Shown one piece after another: positions 29,503 to 40,412 of a stretch of 61,539 nt of DNA. A model generated the notes under the pieces. That model worked only from the letters and a program-made list of their open reading frames with translations. It was not told the origin of the DNA and did not search any database. Position 1 is the stretch's first letter. Each line of letters starts with the position of its first letter. The stretch is from Actinomycetes bacterium. GTDB lineage: Bacteria; Actinomycetota; Actinomycetes; S36-B12. The position numbers and the translations under genes are program-made. Location of the stretch: positions 1-61,539 of the forward strand of contig BJGE01000005.1 in the NCBI GenBank assembly GCA_014190275.1, read 5' to 3'.

Positions 29503-31883
29503 CAGATCTGCGCCTTCTGCTACCAGCCGGGGCGGCGTGGTTGGGTGCGGTGGCCGTAGTGCTGTCGGCCGACTCCGTCCCGCTACTTGTTGCACGGCAC
29601 CAGCAGGCGTTAGTAGTTCTACCGGCCGCGCTAGTGGTCTTGGCATCGGTGTGGGCAATTGCCCCGCGCTTCGGCCACGACCATGCCGCATTGATACGCA
29701 CGGGCGCATTCGGCGTCGCCATCGGCGTCGCAGCTGCCAGCTGGCAGGTGTTGTCTTTAACCACCCAACCCCTCGCTGGCTGGGTCGATGCGGGTGCCAC
29801 GGCAATTGTGCAGGCAACCGTAAACGGTGACGCGCAACGCCAAACTTCACGCAGCCAGGCCGGTTGGCAATCGGCCTCCAGCATCCAATTACGCGTCAAT
29901 ACCTCTTCGGTGCAGGCGCGCGGTGAATCGATTTTGATCGGCGTCCCGATGGTGATTCGCATTCCTGGCAGTGCTGGCACGCCGCCGTCGGGTACCCAGA
30001 TACAAGTCACCGGCCGATTAAGCGCACCCTGGCTCGCTGATTCGGCAGGGCAATTACTCGTTACCGGCATTGACCAGATCGAGGTAGTAAGCCATGCCGG
30101 GCCGGTGGATCAAGTCGCTACCTCAATGCGGGCGGGATTGCGTGCGAGTGTGGTCGGCACCGGACCCAATGCGGCCGCGCTAGTTGCCGGGCTATCGGTG
30201 GGAGATGAGTCATTACAGTCTGATGAACTTGATAACGCAATGCGTCAGTCCGGGTTATCGCACTTAACCGCTGTTTCCGGCGGAAATGTTGCCATCGTCT
30301 TAGTGGTGGTACTTGGCATTGCTCGCCTAATGCGACTTCGACTGCCGGGTCGAATTGTATTCGCGCTTATTGCCCTCACCTATTTCGTGATTTTGGTCCG
30401 CCCGCAACCAAGTGTCATGCGGGCGGCCGTAATGGGGACGGTGGTCCTTGTCGGCATGCTAGCCGGTGGCCGCCGAGGTGGGCCGGCTGTGCTGGCTACC
30501 GCGGTGATCGTCCTCGTCGTGATCGCACCGGGGCTGGCTGTGTCCTGGGGCTTTGCACTCTCGGTTGCAGCAACCGCAGGACTCATCTTGCTCGCACCGC
30601 CGCTTGAAAAGTGGTTGGCGCTCCAAAGCTGGTCTACGCGGTGGCCACCCGCCCTTAGCGAGGCAATTGCAATTACGACGGCCGCGCAACTTGCGACACT
30701 GCCATTACTCATTGCAATGGGCACGAGCGTGGGATGGGTGGCGCTACCTGCGAATCTGTTGGCGATGCCTGCCGTTGCACCGGTGACGGTGTTGGGGCTC
30801 CTAGCGGCCTTCGTTTCACTAACCAGCGCGCCACTGGCAAGTTTTATTGGCCATTTAGCTTCCTGGCCCGCCGGTTGGATCGCCCAGGTGGCCTTAACCT
30901 CTAGTTCACTGCCTGCCGCCGTCATCCCCTGGCCGGGTGGCTGGATCGGTGTGGTTCTTTTGATACCAGCGGTAGTGCTTTTCATCCTGTTGCGCCACTT
31001 CACCAAGACTCGTTGGCCGATCGGCCCGCCGAAGCGGGTCATCATGACGGCCATCAGCGCCGCGTTGTGCGTCAGTTGCCTGCTGATATTCGCCCCGCCC
31101 AGCAGGCATGGTTGGCCGCCACCTGGCTGGCTGCTGGTGGCCTGCGATATCGGGCAGGGCGATGCGCTGGTGCTCCGTGCTTCGGCCTCCACTTATGTCG
31201 TAGTGGATGTGGGTCCGGACCCGGCGCTGATTGACAGTTGCTTGCGCGATCTTGGGGTAACAGCTATCACAGCCATCGTGTTGACTCATTACCACGCCGA
31301 TCACGTCAACGGGTTACCTGGCGCAATTGCCGGGCGCTCGGTGGGCGCTGTTTTCACCACCATCGCACGTGAGCCGCCGGAGACCGTGCAACAAGTTGAC
31401 GGTTGGCTCAAAGCAGCGGGGCTAGCCGCGCAACCGGTGCGGGTGGGTGAAGTGCGCAAAGTGGGTGATCTAACGTGGCAGGTACTCTGGCCGGCTCGGA
31501 TAATTCAGGCCGGCTCGGTGTCGAATAATGCGAGCGTGGTGCTGCTCGTTGAGATCGCGGGGGTGCAAATTTTACTGCCGGGTGATATCGAACCTGAGGC
31601 CCAGAATGCGATTATGGCGGCTAACCCAAATATGAGTTTTGATGTCGTCAAAGTGCCACATCATGGATCGCGCTACCAACATCCGCGATTTGCCTCGTGG
31701 ACCCATGGTCGAGTCGCGGTGATCAGTGTTGGCAGGGGCAACACCTATGGGCACCCGGCACCCGAAACTATTTCGGCTTGGCAGGAGTTGGGTGCGTTGA
31801 TTGGCCGCACCGATGAGCAAGGTGATCTGGCGGTGGTGGCAAGCGCTGGTGGCGAACTGGGATTAGTAGGCCGGGGCAGTTAG
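29499..31883 (+). CDS. comEC: Competence protein ComEC/Rec2
   Basis: GLSHLTAVSG.N, PSV.RA, DIGQGD, THYHADH metallo-beta-lactamase motif, KVPHHGS, N.YGHP. Confidence 0.93.
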   Translation: MTDLRLLLPAGAAWLGAVAVVLSADSVPLLVARHQQALVVLPAALVVLASVWAIAPRFGHDHAALIRTGAFGVAIGVAAASWQVLSLTTQPLAGWVDAGATAIVQATVNGDAQRQTSRSQAGWQSASSIQLRVNTSSVQARGESILIGVPMVIRIPGSAGTPPSGTQIQVTGRLSAPWLADSAGQLLVTGIDQIEVVSHAGPVDQVATSMRAGLRASVVGTGPNAAALVAGLSVGDESLQSDELDNAMRQSGLSHLTAVSGGNVAIVLVVVLGIARLMRLRLPGRIVFALIALTYFVILVRPQPSVMRAAVMGTVVLVGMLAGGRRGGPAVLATAVIVLVVIAPGLAVSWGFALSVAATAGLILLAPPLEKWLALQSWSTRWPPALSEAIAITTAAQLATLPLLIAMGTSVGWVALPANLLAMPAVAPVTVLGLLAAFVSLTSAPLASFIGHLASWPAGWIAQVALTSSSLPAAVIPWPGGWIGVVLLIPAVVLFILLRHFTKTRWPIGPPKRVIMTAISAALCVSCLLIFAPPSRHGWPPPGWLLVACDIGQGDALVLRASASTYVVVDVGPDPALIDSCLRDLGVTAITAIVLTHYHADHVNGLPGAIAGRSVGAVFTTIAREPPETVQQVDGWLKAAGLAAQPVRVGEVRKVGDLTWQVLWPARIIQAGSVSNNASVVLLVEIAGVQILLPGDIEPEAQNAIMAANPNMSFDVVKVPHHGSRYQHPRFASWTHGRVAVISVGRGNTYGHPAPETISAWQELGALIGRTDEQGDLAVVASAGGELGLVGRGS

Positions 31884-31920
31884 TGGGCCTGGGCAGGTCT
31901 CTCTGGCATGCTGGCTACCT

Positions 31921-32913
31921 ATGACACCCAGCCGCATCACTATCGCAGTCGGCAATGAGCCCATGCTGGTTGATCGCGCGGTGGCCGAGACCTGCGCCGC
32001 CATTCGGGCGCTTGACTCAAACTGCCAGCGGCTCACGATCCTGGCGAATTCTGATGACGCAGGCGCCTTAATCCGCGATGCGATGTCGCCAAATCTTTTT
32101 GGTGACACCACGGTGCTCGCAGTCACCGGTATTGATGCTGCAATTGATGAAGTCGATGCAGCGCTGCGCGGATTCATCGCCGAGCCGGCGGAGCACGCCT
32201 GGCTGATTGTCACCCACCCCGGCGGTGTCAAGGGTAAGAACCTCCTTGATGCGCTGCGCGCAGCGGGGGGCGCCGAGATTGACTGCAAAGCCCTCAAAAA
32301 GGGCAAGGCCACGATCGAGTTCCTAAACCATGAGGTCAGGCTGCATAAACGTGCGATGACATCGGATGCGATCACGGCCCTATATGACGCCATCGGCCAT
32401 GACCTGCGCCTGCTGGTCGGTGCGATCGCGCAGTTGTGCAGCGATGTGGACCACGACCCAATCGACAGCAATGACATCAACTCCTATTTCATTGGTGTCG
32501 CGGAGGTCGCCGGCTACACCATTTCAGATGCCGTCTGGGAGAAGCGGTCAATTGAGGCACTGCGATCCTTGAGATGGGCGATGGAAGCCTCTGACAATGT
32601 CGGGGTGCCGACGGTGATGGCGATGGCAAGTGGCCTGCGCACCTTGGTCGGAGTCGGGGGCATGGCAACGGCATCGGATTTGGATGTGGCCAAGGCCATC
32701 GGCGTGCCACCTTGGAAGGTCAAAACCTTACGGCAGCAGTGGGCTAAATGGAGCGGTGATCAACGCAGGCTAGCTGCCGCGGCAGTCGCGCTCGCCGATG
32801 CCGATGGGGCCGTGAAAGGCGGAGTACGGATTGGGTCAAGTTTGGATGCCGAGCAAAAGCTGCTGGCCCTAGAAAGACTTGTGATGTTAACTGCAGGGCG
32901 GCCTTCGAGCTGA
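31921..32913 (+). CDS. holA: DNA polymerase III delta subunit
   Basis: SP.LFGD, H.GG.KGK, PPWK; conserved comEC-holA-rpsT context. Confidence 0.85.
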   Translation: MTPSRITIAVGNEPMLVDRAVAETCAAIRALDSNCQRLTILANSDDAGALIRDAMSPNLFGDTTVLAVTGIDAAIDEVDAALRGFIAEPAEHAWLIVTHPGGVKGKNLLDALRAAGGAEIDCKALKKGKATIEFLNHEVRLHKRAMTSDAITALYDAIGHDLRLLVGAIAQLCSDVDHDPIDSNDINSYFIGVAEVAGYTISDAVWEKRSIEALRSLRWAMEASDNVGVPTVMAMASGLRTLVGVGGMATASDLDVAKAIGVPPWKVKTLRQQWAKWSGDQRRLAAAAVALADADGAVKGGVRIGSSLDAEQKLLALERLVMLTAGRPSS

Positions 32914-32944
32914 CGTAGTCAATCGGTGAACGGCGACCGCCGAA

Positions 32945-33205
32945 CTACAGGGCGTCGGCGCGCTTGGCGATCGAAGACTTACGATTTGCGGCCTGATTGG
33001 CGTGGATAACACCCTTGCTGGCCGCCTTGTCGAGCGCCTTGCCGGCATCGCGGGCCAATGATTTCGCCTCGGCGGTCTTGCCAGCATCAGCCGCCTCGCG
33101 GAACTTGCGGACCGCAGTCTTAACGGAGGACTTGACGGCCTTATTGCGCTCCCGGGCCTTTTCATTGGTCCGATTACGCTTTATCTGCGACTTGATGTTC
33201 GCCAC
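32945..33205 (-). CDS. rpsT: 30S ribosomal protein S20
   Basis: [34 protein letters not shown]; start at GTG 33205. Confidence 0.97.
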   Translation of the reverse strand: MANIKSQIKRNRTNEKARERNKAVKSSVKTAVRKFREAADAGKTAEAKSLARDAGKALDKAASKGVIHANQAANRKSSIAKRADAL

Positions 33206-33341
33206 GGGACAACTTTCTGGTTTGGGGTCTGGGATAGGGCTCTGGCCCTCACGGATGCGGGCGTCGTCCAAGGCTACCCGTAGGCTGGGCTAGACCCCAA
33301 ATCGGATCCCGGTTTTAACCTAGGTCCCACCTATCTCGTGC

Positions 33342-33429
33342 CCAGCCGACCGACCAGCCGACCGACCAGCCGACCGACCAGCCGACCGACCAGCCGACCG
33401 ACCAGCCGACCGACCAGCCGACCGACCAG
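33342..33429 (+). repeat. Perfect 12-bp tandem repeat (CCAGCCGACCGA) x7 plus 4 nt
   Basis: Read directly; ends immediately before the AAGGA RBS of lepA. Confidence 0.95.
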
Positions 33430-33440
33430 AAGGACCCCCA

Positions 33441-35276
33441 GTGCCGCTCCCGCAGCCCGGTGCCACCGACCCCAGGGTGATCCGGAATTTCTGCATTATT
33501 GCCCATATCGACCATGGTAAATCGACTCTGGCCGATCGAATGCTGCAGCAGACCGGGGTGGTCGACGGACGATCCATGCGGGCCCAGTACCTCGACCGGA
33601 TGGATATTGAGCGCGAGCGGGGGATCACCATCAAGTCGCAGGCCGTCCGCCTGCCATACCGAGGCGAAGATGGCCACGACTACGTCTTGAACCTTATCGA
33701 CACCCCAGGGCACGTCGACTTCACCTATGAGGTTTCGCGGTCCCTGGCTGCATGCGAGGGTGCAGTTTTAGTCGTTGACGCCGCCCAAGGAATTGAGGCG
33801 CAGACCCTGGCAAATCTCTACCTAGCCCTGGAAAATGACTTGACGATTGTTCCGGTGCTAAACAAAATCGATCTGCCAGCCGCGCAGCCGGAAAAATACG
33901 CCGCTGAGCTAGCGCACATCATCGGTTGCGCTCCCGATGACGTCATGCGGATCTCAGCCAAGACCGGTGAGGGGGTCCCTGAGCTACTTGAGCGCATTGT
34001 TCGTGACATCCCAGCCCCGACAGGTGATGCCGGTGCGCCGGCACGCGCACTGATTTTCGATTCGATCTACGACACCTACCGTGGCGTCGTAACTTATGTC
34101 AGGGTCATTGACGGTCGCATCGCAACTCGTGATCGAGTCAAAATGATGATGACCGGAGAAGTTCATGAGTTACTCGAAGTCGGCGTTATCTCACCTGAGC
34201 CGGTACCCGGTAAGGGTATTGGCGTTGGCGAAGTGGGTTACCTCATTACCGGAGTCAAAGATGTCAGGCAGTCAAGAGTCGGCGATACCGTCACGACCGC
34301 TCAACATGGTGCGACCCAAGCGCTGGGTGGCTACCGCGACCCAAAACCGATGGTCTTCTCTGGTCTCTACCCGATCGACGGCTCGGATTATCCGGAACTG
34401 CGCGATGCCCTCGACAAGTTGAAGCTAAATGATGCGGCCTTGGTATATGAGCCCGAGACCTCTCTGGCACTTGGGTTTGGGTTTCGCTGCGGGTTCTTGG
34501 GGTTACTCCATATGGAGATCGTGCGTGAACGCCTTGAGCGCGAGGCCAACTTGGATTTGATCTCGACGGCGCCAAACGTGGTCTACCGGGTGCTCGGTGA
34601 TGACGGCGTCGAACTGGTTGTTACCAACCCGAGTGAGTTCCCGACGCAAAAGGTCGACAAGATTTTTGAGCCAGTAGTCCGCGGCACCGTAATCCTGCCG
34701 AGTGAATTTGTTGGCACGGTGATGGAGCTGTGCCAGCAACGACGCGGTCAGATGCTCGGGATGGATTATCTATCCGAGGATCGAGTCGAGTTGCGTTATA
34801 CCCTGCCTCTCGCTGAGATCGTCTTTGACTTCTTTGATCAATTAAAGTCACGTACGCGCGGTTACGCATCGCTGGATTATGAATTGACGGGGGAGCAGGA
34901 TGCCGATCTCGTCAAGGTCGATATTTTGCTGCACGGTGATGCCGTTGATGCGTTTAGCGCAATCGTGCACCGCGACAAGGCTATGGCCTACGGGGTGATG
35001 ATGACGGGCAAGCTCAAGGAACTCATCCCACGTCAGCAATTTGAAGTGCCGATTCAAGCGGCTATCGGATCACGGGTCATCACGCGTGAGACCATTAGGG
35101 CGATTCGAAAGGACGTATTAGCCAAGTGCTACGGCGGCGATATCACCCGTAAGCGCAAATTGCTGGAGAAGCAGAAGGAAGGCAAGAAGCGGATGAAGAT
35201 GGTGGGCCGGGTCGAGGTGCCACAGGAGGCCTTCATTGCTGCCCTTTCGACGTCTGACACCAATCCTAAGAAGTAG
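33441..35276 (+). CDS. lepA: Elongation factor 4
   Basis: [59 protein letters not shown]. Confidence 0.98.
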   Translation: MPLPQPGATDPRVIRNFCIIAHIDHGKSTLADRMLQQTGVVDGRSMRAQYLDRMDIERERGITIKSQAVRLPYRGEDGHDYVLNLIDTPGHVDFTYEVSRSLAACEGAVLVVDAAQGIEAQTLANLYLALENDLTIVPVLNKIDLPAAQPEKYAAELAHIIGCAPDDVMRISAKTGEGVPELLERIVRDIPAPTGDAGAPARALIFDSIYDTYRGVVTYVRVIDGRIATRDRVKMMMTGEVHELLEVGVISPEPVPGKGIGVGEVGYLITGVKDVRQSRVGDTVTTAQHGATQALGGYRDPKPMVFSGLYPIDGSDYPELRDALDKLKLNDAALVYEPETSLALGFGFRCGFLGLLHMEIVRERLEREANLDLISTAPNVVYRVLGDDGVELVVTNPSEFPTQKVDKIFEPVVRGTVILPSEFVGTVMELCQQRRGQMLGMDYLSEDRVELRYTLPLAEIVFDFFDQLKSRTRGYASLDYELTGEQDADLVKVDILLHGDAVDAFSAIVHRDKAMAYGVMMTGKLKELIPRQQFEVPIQAAIGSRVITRETIRAIRKDVLAKCYGGDITRKRKLLEKQKEGKKRMKMVGRVEVPQEAFIAALSTSDTNPKK

Positions 35277-35282
35277 CAGGCG

Positions 35283-36422
35283 GTGCGCCCTCTATCGATC
35301 TACGTGCACGTACCTTTTTGTGCGAGTAGATGCGGCTATTGCGATTTCAATACCTATACAGCAACTGATTTAGGTGAGCAGGTCCAACGTGACACTTTTG
35401 ATCAGTTGCTCATCTCCGAGGTGCAGCTGGCAGCAAGCAAGCTGGGCGCAGACCTGCGCGCGGTCGATACCGTGTTCTTCGGTGGTGGCACGCCGACGCT
35501 TCTTAGCGCCAAGGCATTGGTGGGAGTCCTCGAATCAATCAAGTCAGAGTTTGGCCTGCGGCCTGCCGCTGAAGTGACAACTGAAGCAAATCCAGACAGT
35601 GTTGATCAACCCAAGCTCGACCAACTGGTGGCGGGTGGGTTCACTCGAATCTCTTACGGTGTGCAAAGTGCCGCATCGAAGGTACTAAAGACTTTGGACC
35701 GAACCCATACTGCGGGCGCTGCTGCTGACGCCATTGTGATGGCGAGGGCAGCTGGGTTTGCGCACATCAGCGCGGATCTGATCATCGCGACCCCTGGTGA
35801 GTGCGATGCTGACCTGCGGGACTCAGTTGATCTGGTAACAGGTGCCGGTGTTGATCACGTGTCGGCCTACACCCTCATCGTGGAGCCCAACACGCCGCTG
35901 GCTCGTCAGGTGGCCGCTGGTGTGGTGCCCAGCCCTGATGACGAAACCGCGGCGCACCGGTACGAACTAGTTGATCAACTTTTGAGTGACCGCGGGTTCA
36001 CCTGGTACGAGATCTCAAACTGGGCGAGATCCGGTGGGCAGTGCCGACACAACGTGCACTATTGGCAAAACGATGACTGGTTGGGTATTGGGCCGGGAGC
36101 TCACAGCCACAGGTCGGGAGTGCGCTGGTGGAATGTCAAGCATCCGCGGTCATATGCCGAAAGATTGGACGCAGGCGAGTTGCCCATCGACCAACTCGAG
36201 GAGCTAACAGTCGAGCAGGTCCGGCTCGAGACCATGATGCTAGGCCTTCGAACTGCAGCGGGATTAGACCTCGCAGCGGTTGACGCGATCGATTCGGTTG
36301 TCATCGCCAAACTGATAGCTGACGGGTTACTTGATGGTCCCGCCTTGGCCGATGGGCAGCTCCGGGTCACCGTGCGCGGCCGCCTCTTTGCCGATGCGGT
36401 GATACGCGACCTAACCAATTGA
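35283..36422 (+). CDS. hemW: Radical SAM heme chaperone HemW
   Basis: YVHVPFCASRCGYCDFN, GGGTP, YEISN, HN..YW; follows lepA. Confidence 0.92.
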   Translation: MRPLSIYVHVPFCASRCGYCDFNTYTATDLGEQVQRDTFDQLLISEVQLAASKLGADLRAVDTVFFGGGTPTLLSAKALVGVLESIKSEFGLRPAAEVTTEANPDSVDQPKLDQLVAGGFTRISYGVQSAASKVLKTLDRTHTAGAAADAIVMARAAGFAHISADLIIATPGECDADLRDSVDLVTGAGVDHVSAYTLIVEPNTPLARQVAAGVVPSPDDETAAHRYELVDQLLSDRGFTWYEISNWARSGGQCRHNVHYWQNDDWLGIGPGAHSHRSGVRWWNVKHPRSYAERLDAGELPIDQLEELTVEQVRLETMMLGLRTAAGLDLAAVDAIDSVVIAKLIADGLLDGPALADGQLRVTVRGRLFADAVIRDLTN

Positions 36423-36435
36423 TTTCTCAACTGGG

Positions 36436-36942
36436 CTATTTGTTGTTGAGCGCAGGTGGCGTTCGGCGGTAGCCATTGGCAAAAAGTGGCGAGGTAATAA
36501 TCATGTCGGCGGTGGTGCGATTACTCGCGATCGCGATATTCCACAAGGTCGCGATACGTAGTAACGCCTTTACGTCTGGATCATGTGGTTGCTGTTCCAG
36601 GGGATCCCAGAAAAACACCAGCAGGTCGATCGCACCTTGAGCGATGAAGGCTCCGATCTGTTGATCGCCCCCGAGTGGCCCGCTCAGGAATCTCTTGACG
36701 GGTATCTGTAATTTGTCACGGATAAGCCGCCCGGTTGAGCCGGTTGCATAGATGTGGTGCGTGGTAAGCACCTCGCGGTTATGGGCCGCCCACTCGAGTA
36801 AATCGGCTTTCTTGTTGTCGTGGGCTACCAGTACGACGTGCTTTCCGGTCCCGATGGGGCCAACCGCACCAAGAGTTTCCTTTGAACCCTCCTTGACGAT
36901 CCAATCGGGAACGAAATTCGTCGTGTCAAGCAAATTCTCCAT
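36436..36942 (-). CDS. mgsA: Methylglyoxal synthase
   Basis: LVAHDNKK, ATG.TG, SGPLGGDQQIGA, FFWDPL...PHDPDVKALLR. Confidence 0.95.
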   Translation of the reverse strand: MENLLDTTNFVPDWIVKEGSKETLGAVGPIGTGKHVVLVAHDNKKADLLEWAAHNREVLTTHHIYATGSTGRLIRDKLQIPVKRFLSGPLGGDQQIGAFIAQGAIDLLVFFWDPLEQQPHDPDVKALLRIATLWNIAIASNRTTADMIITSPLFANGYRRTPPALNNK

Positions 36943-37174
36943 GCCGATATCGTGCTCAGCTTAGATTTCGGTGGATGGGTCATCTGGTGAAAGCTGGGTG
37001 AATGTCCGGTGAGGTTTCCGGCCTCCTACTGCCACAGGGGCGGTAGGTTCATCAGCTGGCCCACTAGGTGGTCGTCTTGAATTGGTTGCTGTTTTGGCCT
37101 TGCACTCGGCCATGTTTTGTGTTTCCATTAAAGTCGAATTAAGCCGCAGCATTAACTTAGATGGCGGTTCAGAA

Positions 37175-37311
37175 ATGTCCGAAAGAGAGATTGTGGCTCC
37201 GGTGAGCTCTGCTCCGGGCGGTATGGGGGGTGCCTTGAACCCCTCGAGCATTAATACACCTCAGGTTCCTTAATACACCTCAGTTACTGTTTTGAGGCTA
37301 GTGACGAGTAG
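37175..37311. repeat. Diverged second copy of a sequence also in the 22549-22713 spacer; contains a 14-bp direct repeat
   Basis: Three collinear blocks match (about 23/38, 20/26 and 20/24 nt by eye); TTAATACACCTCAG at 37251 and 37270. Confidence 0.65.
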
Positions 37312-37422
37312 CTAAAACTCAACAAGTGAACAGCGGCCGGTTAGGGCCAGCATTGGGCCCCTGAACAAGGTGTCTTCGCCGGTGCGGCGTATTTCGGGCG
37401 TAGGTTGGCTTTTGGCGTATTA

Positions 37423-37449
37423 TTAGCACTCACATGTCCGGAGTGCTAG
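37423..37449 (+). promoter_or_regulatory. CIRCE operator (HrcA binding site)
   Basis: TTAGCACTC-N9-GAGTGCTAG, one mismatch to the CIRCE consensus, directly upstream of hrcA. Confidence 0.93.
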
Positions 37450-37474
37450 ATGGGCCGCTGCCAAGGAGGTGCGC

Positions 37475-38494
37475 ATGCTGGAGGATCGCCGCCTCGCCGT
37501 TCTTCGGGCCATTGTTGAGGACTATGTGTCAACCCATGAGCCCGTAGGCTCAAAGGCTCTGGTGGAACGGCACCACCTCGGGGTTTCGCCAGCAACAATT
37601 CGCAATGACATGGCCGCACTCGAGGAGGAGGGCTACATCGCCCAACCGCACACCAGTGCGGGCCGGGTACCCACCGATCTTGGCTACCGGCTGTTCGTGG
37701 ACCGGCTTGCCGGCGTCAAGCCCCTAAGTTCGCCAGAGCGCCGAGCAATAGCAGAGTTCTTGGATAGCTCGGTTGACCTAGATGATGTCATGGTGCGAAC
37801 GGTGCGCCTGCTCGCGCAGATCACCCGGCAGGTTGCACTTGTGCAGTATCCGTCCCGGTCACGAAGCACTGTGCGCCACATTGAACTCATAGCCCTAAGC
37901 ACTACTCGCCTCATCATGGTTCTAATCACCGACGGTGGTCGAGTCGAGCAACGAACCATTGAATGCGCAAACCCCATCAGTGAGGTCGCCCTGGGCGATA
38001 TCCGTGCCCGGCTGCTGGTGGCGGTCAGTGGGCAGCCGTTTACCTCGATCCCGGAAATCCTGACGTCCTTTAGCGGGCAGTTCCCGGCGGAGATGCTGCA
38101 GCTGGTCACCATAATTCAGGCGACCTTGCTGGATGCAGTTACTGAGCGAATTGATGAGCGCGTGGTGCTAGGAGGTACAGCACACCTGGCGCGATACGGC
38201 GAGGCCTTCCCATTGTCCATTCAACCGGTACTGGAGGCACTTGAAGAACAGGTAGTGCTACTGCGACTGCTTGGAGAGTCCTCGGCTAACACTGCCGTCA
38301 CGGTGCGAATAGGCCATGAGAATCCAATTGAAGGCATGGCGTCGACGTCGGTGGTGACTGCGCGATACGGGATTGGCGATTCGGCAACGGCGTCGCTGGG
38401 TGTCGTCGGGCCAACGCATATGGATTACGCTGGCAATATTGCTGCGGTTCAAGCCGTCGCGCAGTATGTGGGTCGTATTTTGGATGAGCAGTGA
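37475..38494 (+). CDS. hrcA: Heat-inducible transcription repressor HrcA
   Basis: [37 protein letters not shown]; AGGAGG RBS. Confidence 0.97.
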   Translation: MLEDRRLAVLRAIVEDYVSTHEPVGSKALVERHHLGVSPATIRNDMAALEEEGYIAQPHTSAGRVPTDLGYRLFVDRLAGVKPLSSPERRAIAEFLDSSVDLDDVMVRTVRLLAQITRQVALVQYPSRSRSTVRHIELIALSTTRLIMVLITDGGRVEQRTIECANPISEVALGDIRARLLVAVSGQPFTSIPEILTSFSGQFPAEMLQLVTIIQATLLDAVTERIDERVVLGGTAHLARYGEAFPLSIQPVLEALEEQVVLLRLLGESSANTAVTVRIGHENPIEGMASTSVVTARYGIGDSATASLGVVGPTHMDYAGNIAAVQAVAQYVGRILDEQ

Positions 38495-39633
38495 GCGCAG
38501 CCGGACCAGATTATTACGCGCTCCTAGGAGTTTCGCGTGATGCGACCCCTGATGAAATCAAGAAGGCCTATCGCAAGTTGGCCCGTGAGTTGCATCCCGA
38601 CGTCAACCCTGACCTGAAGAGCCAGGAGCGCTTCAAGATCATCACCGCGGCCTACGAAGTATTAAGTGATCCGGAAAAACGCCAGATGTTTGACCTCGGC
38701 GGTGACCCGCTAGGTAGCACCGGTGGGTTCCCAGGGTCCACCCAAGGATTTGATTTCGGCGACATCATGGACGCGTTCTTTGGTGGTGGTGGGGGCCAAC
38801 GCGGCCCGCGCACCAGATCCCGCCGGGGTCAAGATGCCATGATCCGGATGCAAATCGACCTAGCAGCGGCGGTATTTGGTGCGACCCGCGATATCACGGT
38901 TGATACTGCTGCGCGTTGTGCAACCTGCGATGGCTCAGGCACCGCGTTGGATAGTGAAGCGGTAACTTGCGTGATGTGTAAGGGCCGGGGTGAAATCCAA
39001 CAAGTCCAGCGCTCATTTCTAGGTCAGGTAATGACCTCTAGGCCGTGCCCGACCTGCCAAGGGTTCGGTAGCACGATCCCGCACCCATGCCACGAGTGCG
39101 CCGGCGATGGCCGAGTCCGCACTCGCCGCACGATTACCATCAAGGTGCCACCCGGAGTCGACACCGGTACCCGGATCCAACTGTCAGGTGAGGGCGAGGT
39201 CGGTCCTAATGGGGGTCCGGCTGGGGATCTGTATATCGAAGTCATGGTGCAACCGCACCAGGTATTCGAACGCCAAGGAGATGAGTTGCACTGTGCACTC
39301 ACCTTGCCGATGACAGCGGCGGCACTAGGTACCACCGTGACATTCGACACCCTAGATGGTGAGCAGGAGATCGACGTGCGACCAGGTACGCAACCAGGCT
39401 CGATTCTCACCTTACGTGGGTTGGGCGCTACTCGGCTGCGCGGTGGTGGCCGTGGTGATCTCTATATTCATCTTGACGTGTCAATTCCAACGAAACTTGA
39501 CGAAGCCCAGATCATGTTGCTCAAGCAACTTGCGGATCTGCGCTCGGAGGATGTAGTGCGCGTGGGTGTTGACGGAGCGGATGGTGGAGGCGGCCTCTTC
39601 ACTCGCTTAAAGGATGCGTTCTCGCCGCGGTGA
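38491..39633 (+). CDS. dnaJ: Chaperone DnaJ
   Basis: J domain with HPD, G/F region, four CxxCxGxG repeats, GDLY. Confidence 0.97.
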   Translation: MSAAGPDYYALLGVSRDATPDEIKKAYRKLARELHPDVNPDLKSQERFKIITAAYEVLSDPEKRQMFDLGGDPLGSTGGFPGSTQGFDFGDIMDAFFGGGGGQRGPRTRSRRGQDAMIRMQIDLAAAVFGATRDITVDTAARCATCDGSGTALDSEAVTCVMCKGRGEIQQVQRSFLGQVMTSRPCPTCQGFGSTIPHPCHECAGDGRVRTRRTITIKVPPGVDTGTRIQLSGEGEVGPNGGPAGDLYIEVMVQPHQVFERQGDELHCALTLPMTAAALGTTVTFDTLDGEQEIDVRPGTQPGSILTLRGLGATRLRGGGRGDLYIHLDVSIPTKLDEAQIMLLKQLADLRSEDVVRVGVDGADGGGGLFTRLKDAFSPR

Positions 39634-40412
39634 GTCCCCCAGTCTTTCGAATAGCTAATGCGGACTTGCAGCACGTGCAGGTTGGCAACGAAGTTGCCCT
39701 GACCGGGCCCGAGGGGCGCCATGCGGTCTCGTCGATGCGTCTAGGAGTCGGTGAAGCTATCGACCTTGTTGACGGGTGCGGCCTTCGTCTTAACGGAGTA
39801 GTGGAAAGCGTTAGCGGTAAGGACACCGTGCGAGTGCGAGTCGCCACAGTGCGGATCGAACCGGTAGCGACTCTTGCCATCACCGTGGTGCAAGCCCTGC
39901 CAAAGGGTGATCACGGAGAGCTCGCTGTTGACCTGCTGACCCAAGTTGGGGTAGATGTCATAGTGCCGTGGGCGGCAGCGCGTTCGGTTACGAGGTGGGC
40001 ACCAGATCGCCTCGAAAAATCGAGCGGTAAGTGGCAAGGTGCGCTAATTGCCGCGGCCAAGCAATCGCGGCGGGCGCGTTGGCCGGTACTAGGTGAGCTA
40101 GCGACAACATCGGCGGTGGTTGAGCTGATTTACGGGTCGGCAACCTGCATTGTTTTGGACGAGGCGGCGGTTACCTCAGTGCTGGAGGTGCCAATCGACG
40201 ACATTGGTGGCACCGGCAACTTGGTTTTGATTGTCGGGCCCGAGGGAGGAATCAGTGACGAAGAGCGAGAGCTCTTCCGGGCGGCCGGGGCGGTTGAAGC
40301 GCGTCTTGGCCCAGGGGTGCTTAGGTCATCGGCCGCCGGAGCCGTGGCAGTTGCCGTTATATCGGCTGCCCGAAACTGGGGTGGGCCGGCCATGGGAGGA
40401 TCAAGTACATGA
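39630..40412 (+). CDS. rsmE: 16S rRNA m3U1498 methyltransferase
   Basis: H....MRL, T..GVD.I.P, AAKQSRR, VGPEGG, LG..VLR. Confidence 0.93.
   Translation: MSPPVFRIANADLQHVQVGNEVALTGPEGRHAVSSMRLGVGEAIDLVDGCGLRLNGVVESVSGKDTVRVRVATVRIEPVATLAITVVQALPKGDHGELAVDLLTQVGVDVIVPWAAARSVTRWAPDRLEKSSGKWQGALIAAAKQSRRARWPVLGELATTSAVVELIYGSATCIVLDEAAVTSVLEVPIDDIGGTGNLVLIVGPEGGISDEERELFRAAGAVEARLGPGVLRSSAAGAVAVAVISAARNWGGPAMGGSST

Noticed and set aside
33342-33429. CRISPR array
   Set aside because: Units are contiguous 12-mers with no unique spacers, and there are no cas genes in the window.
33315-33713. Minus-strand ORFs with WSVG or GRSA repeats
   Set aside because: They are antisense to lepA and are translations of the 12-bp repeat.
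36961-37251. 96-aa minus-strand ORF as an intact gene
   Set aside because: Similarity to the 22.6 kb copy continues upstream of its ATG in another frame and across a stop, so it is better read as part of a decayed sequence.
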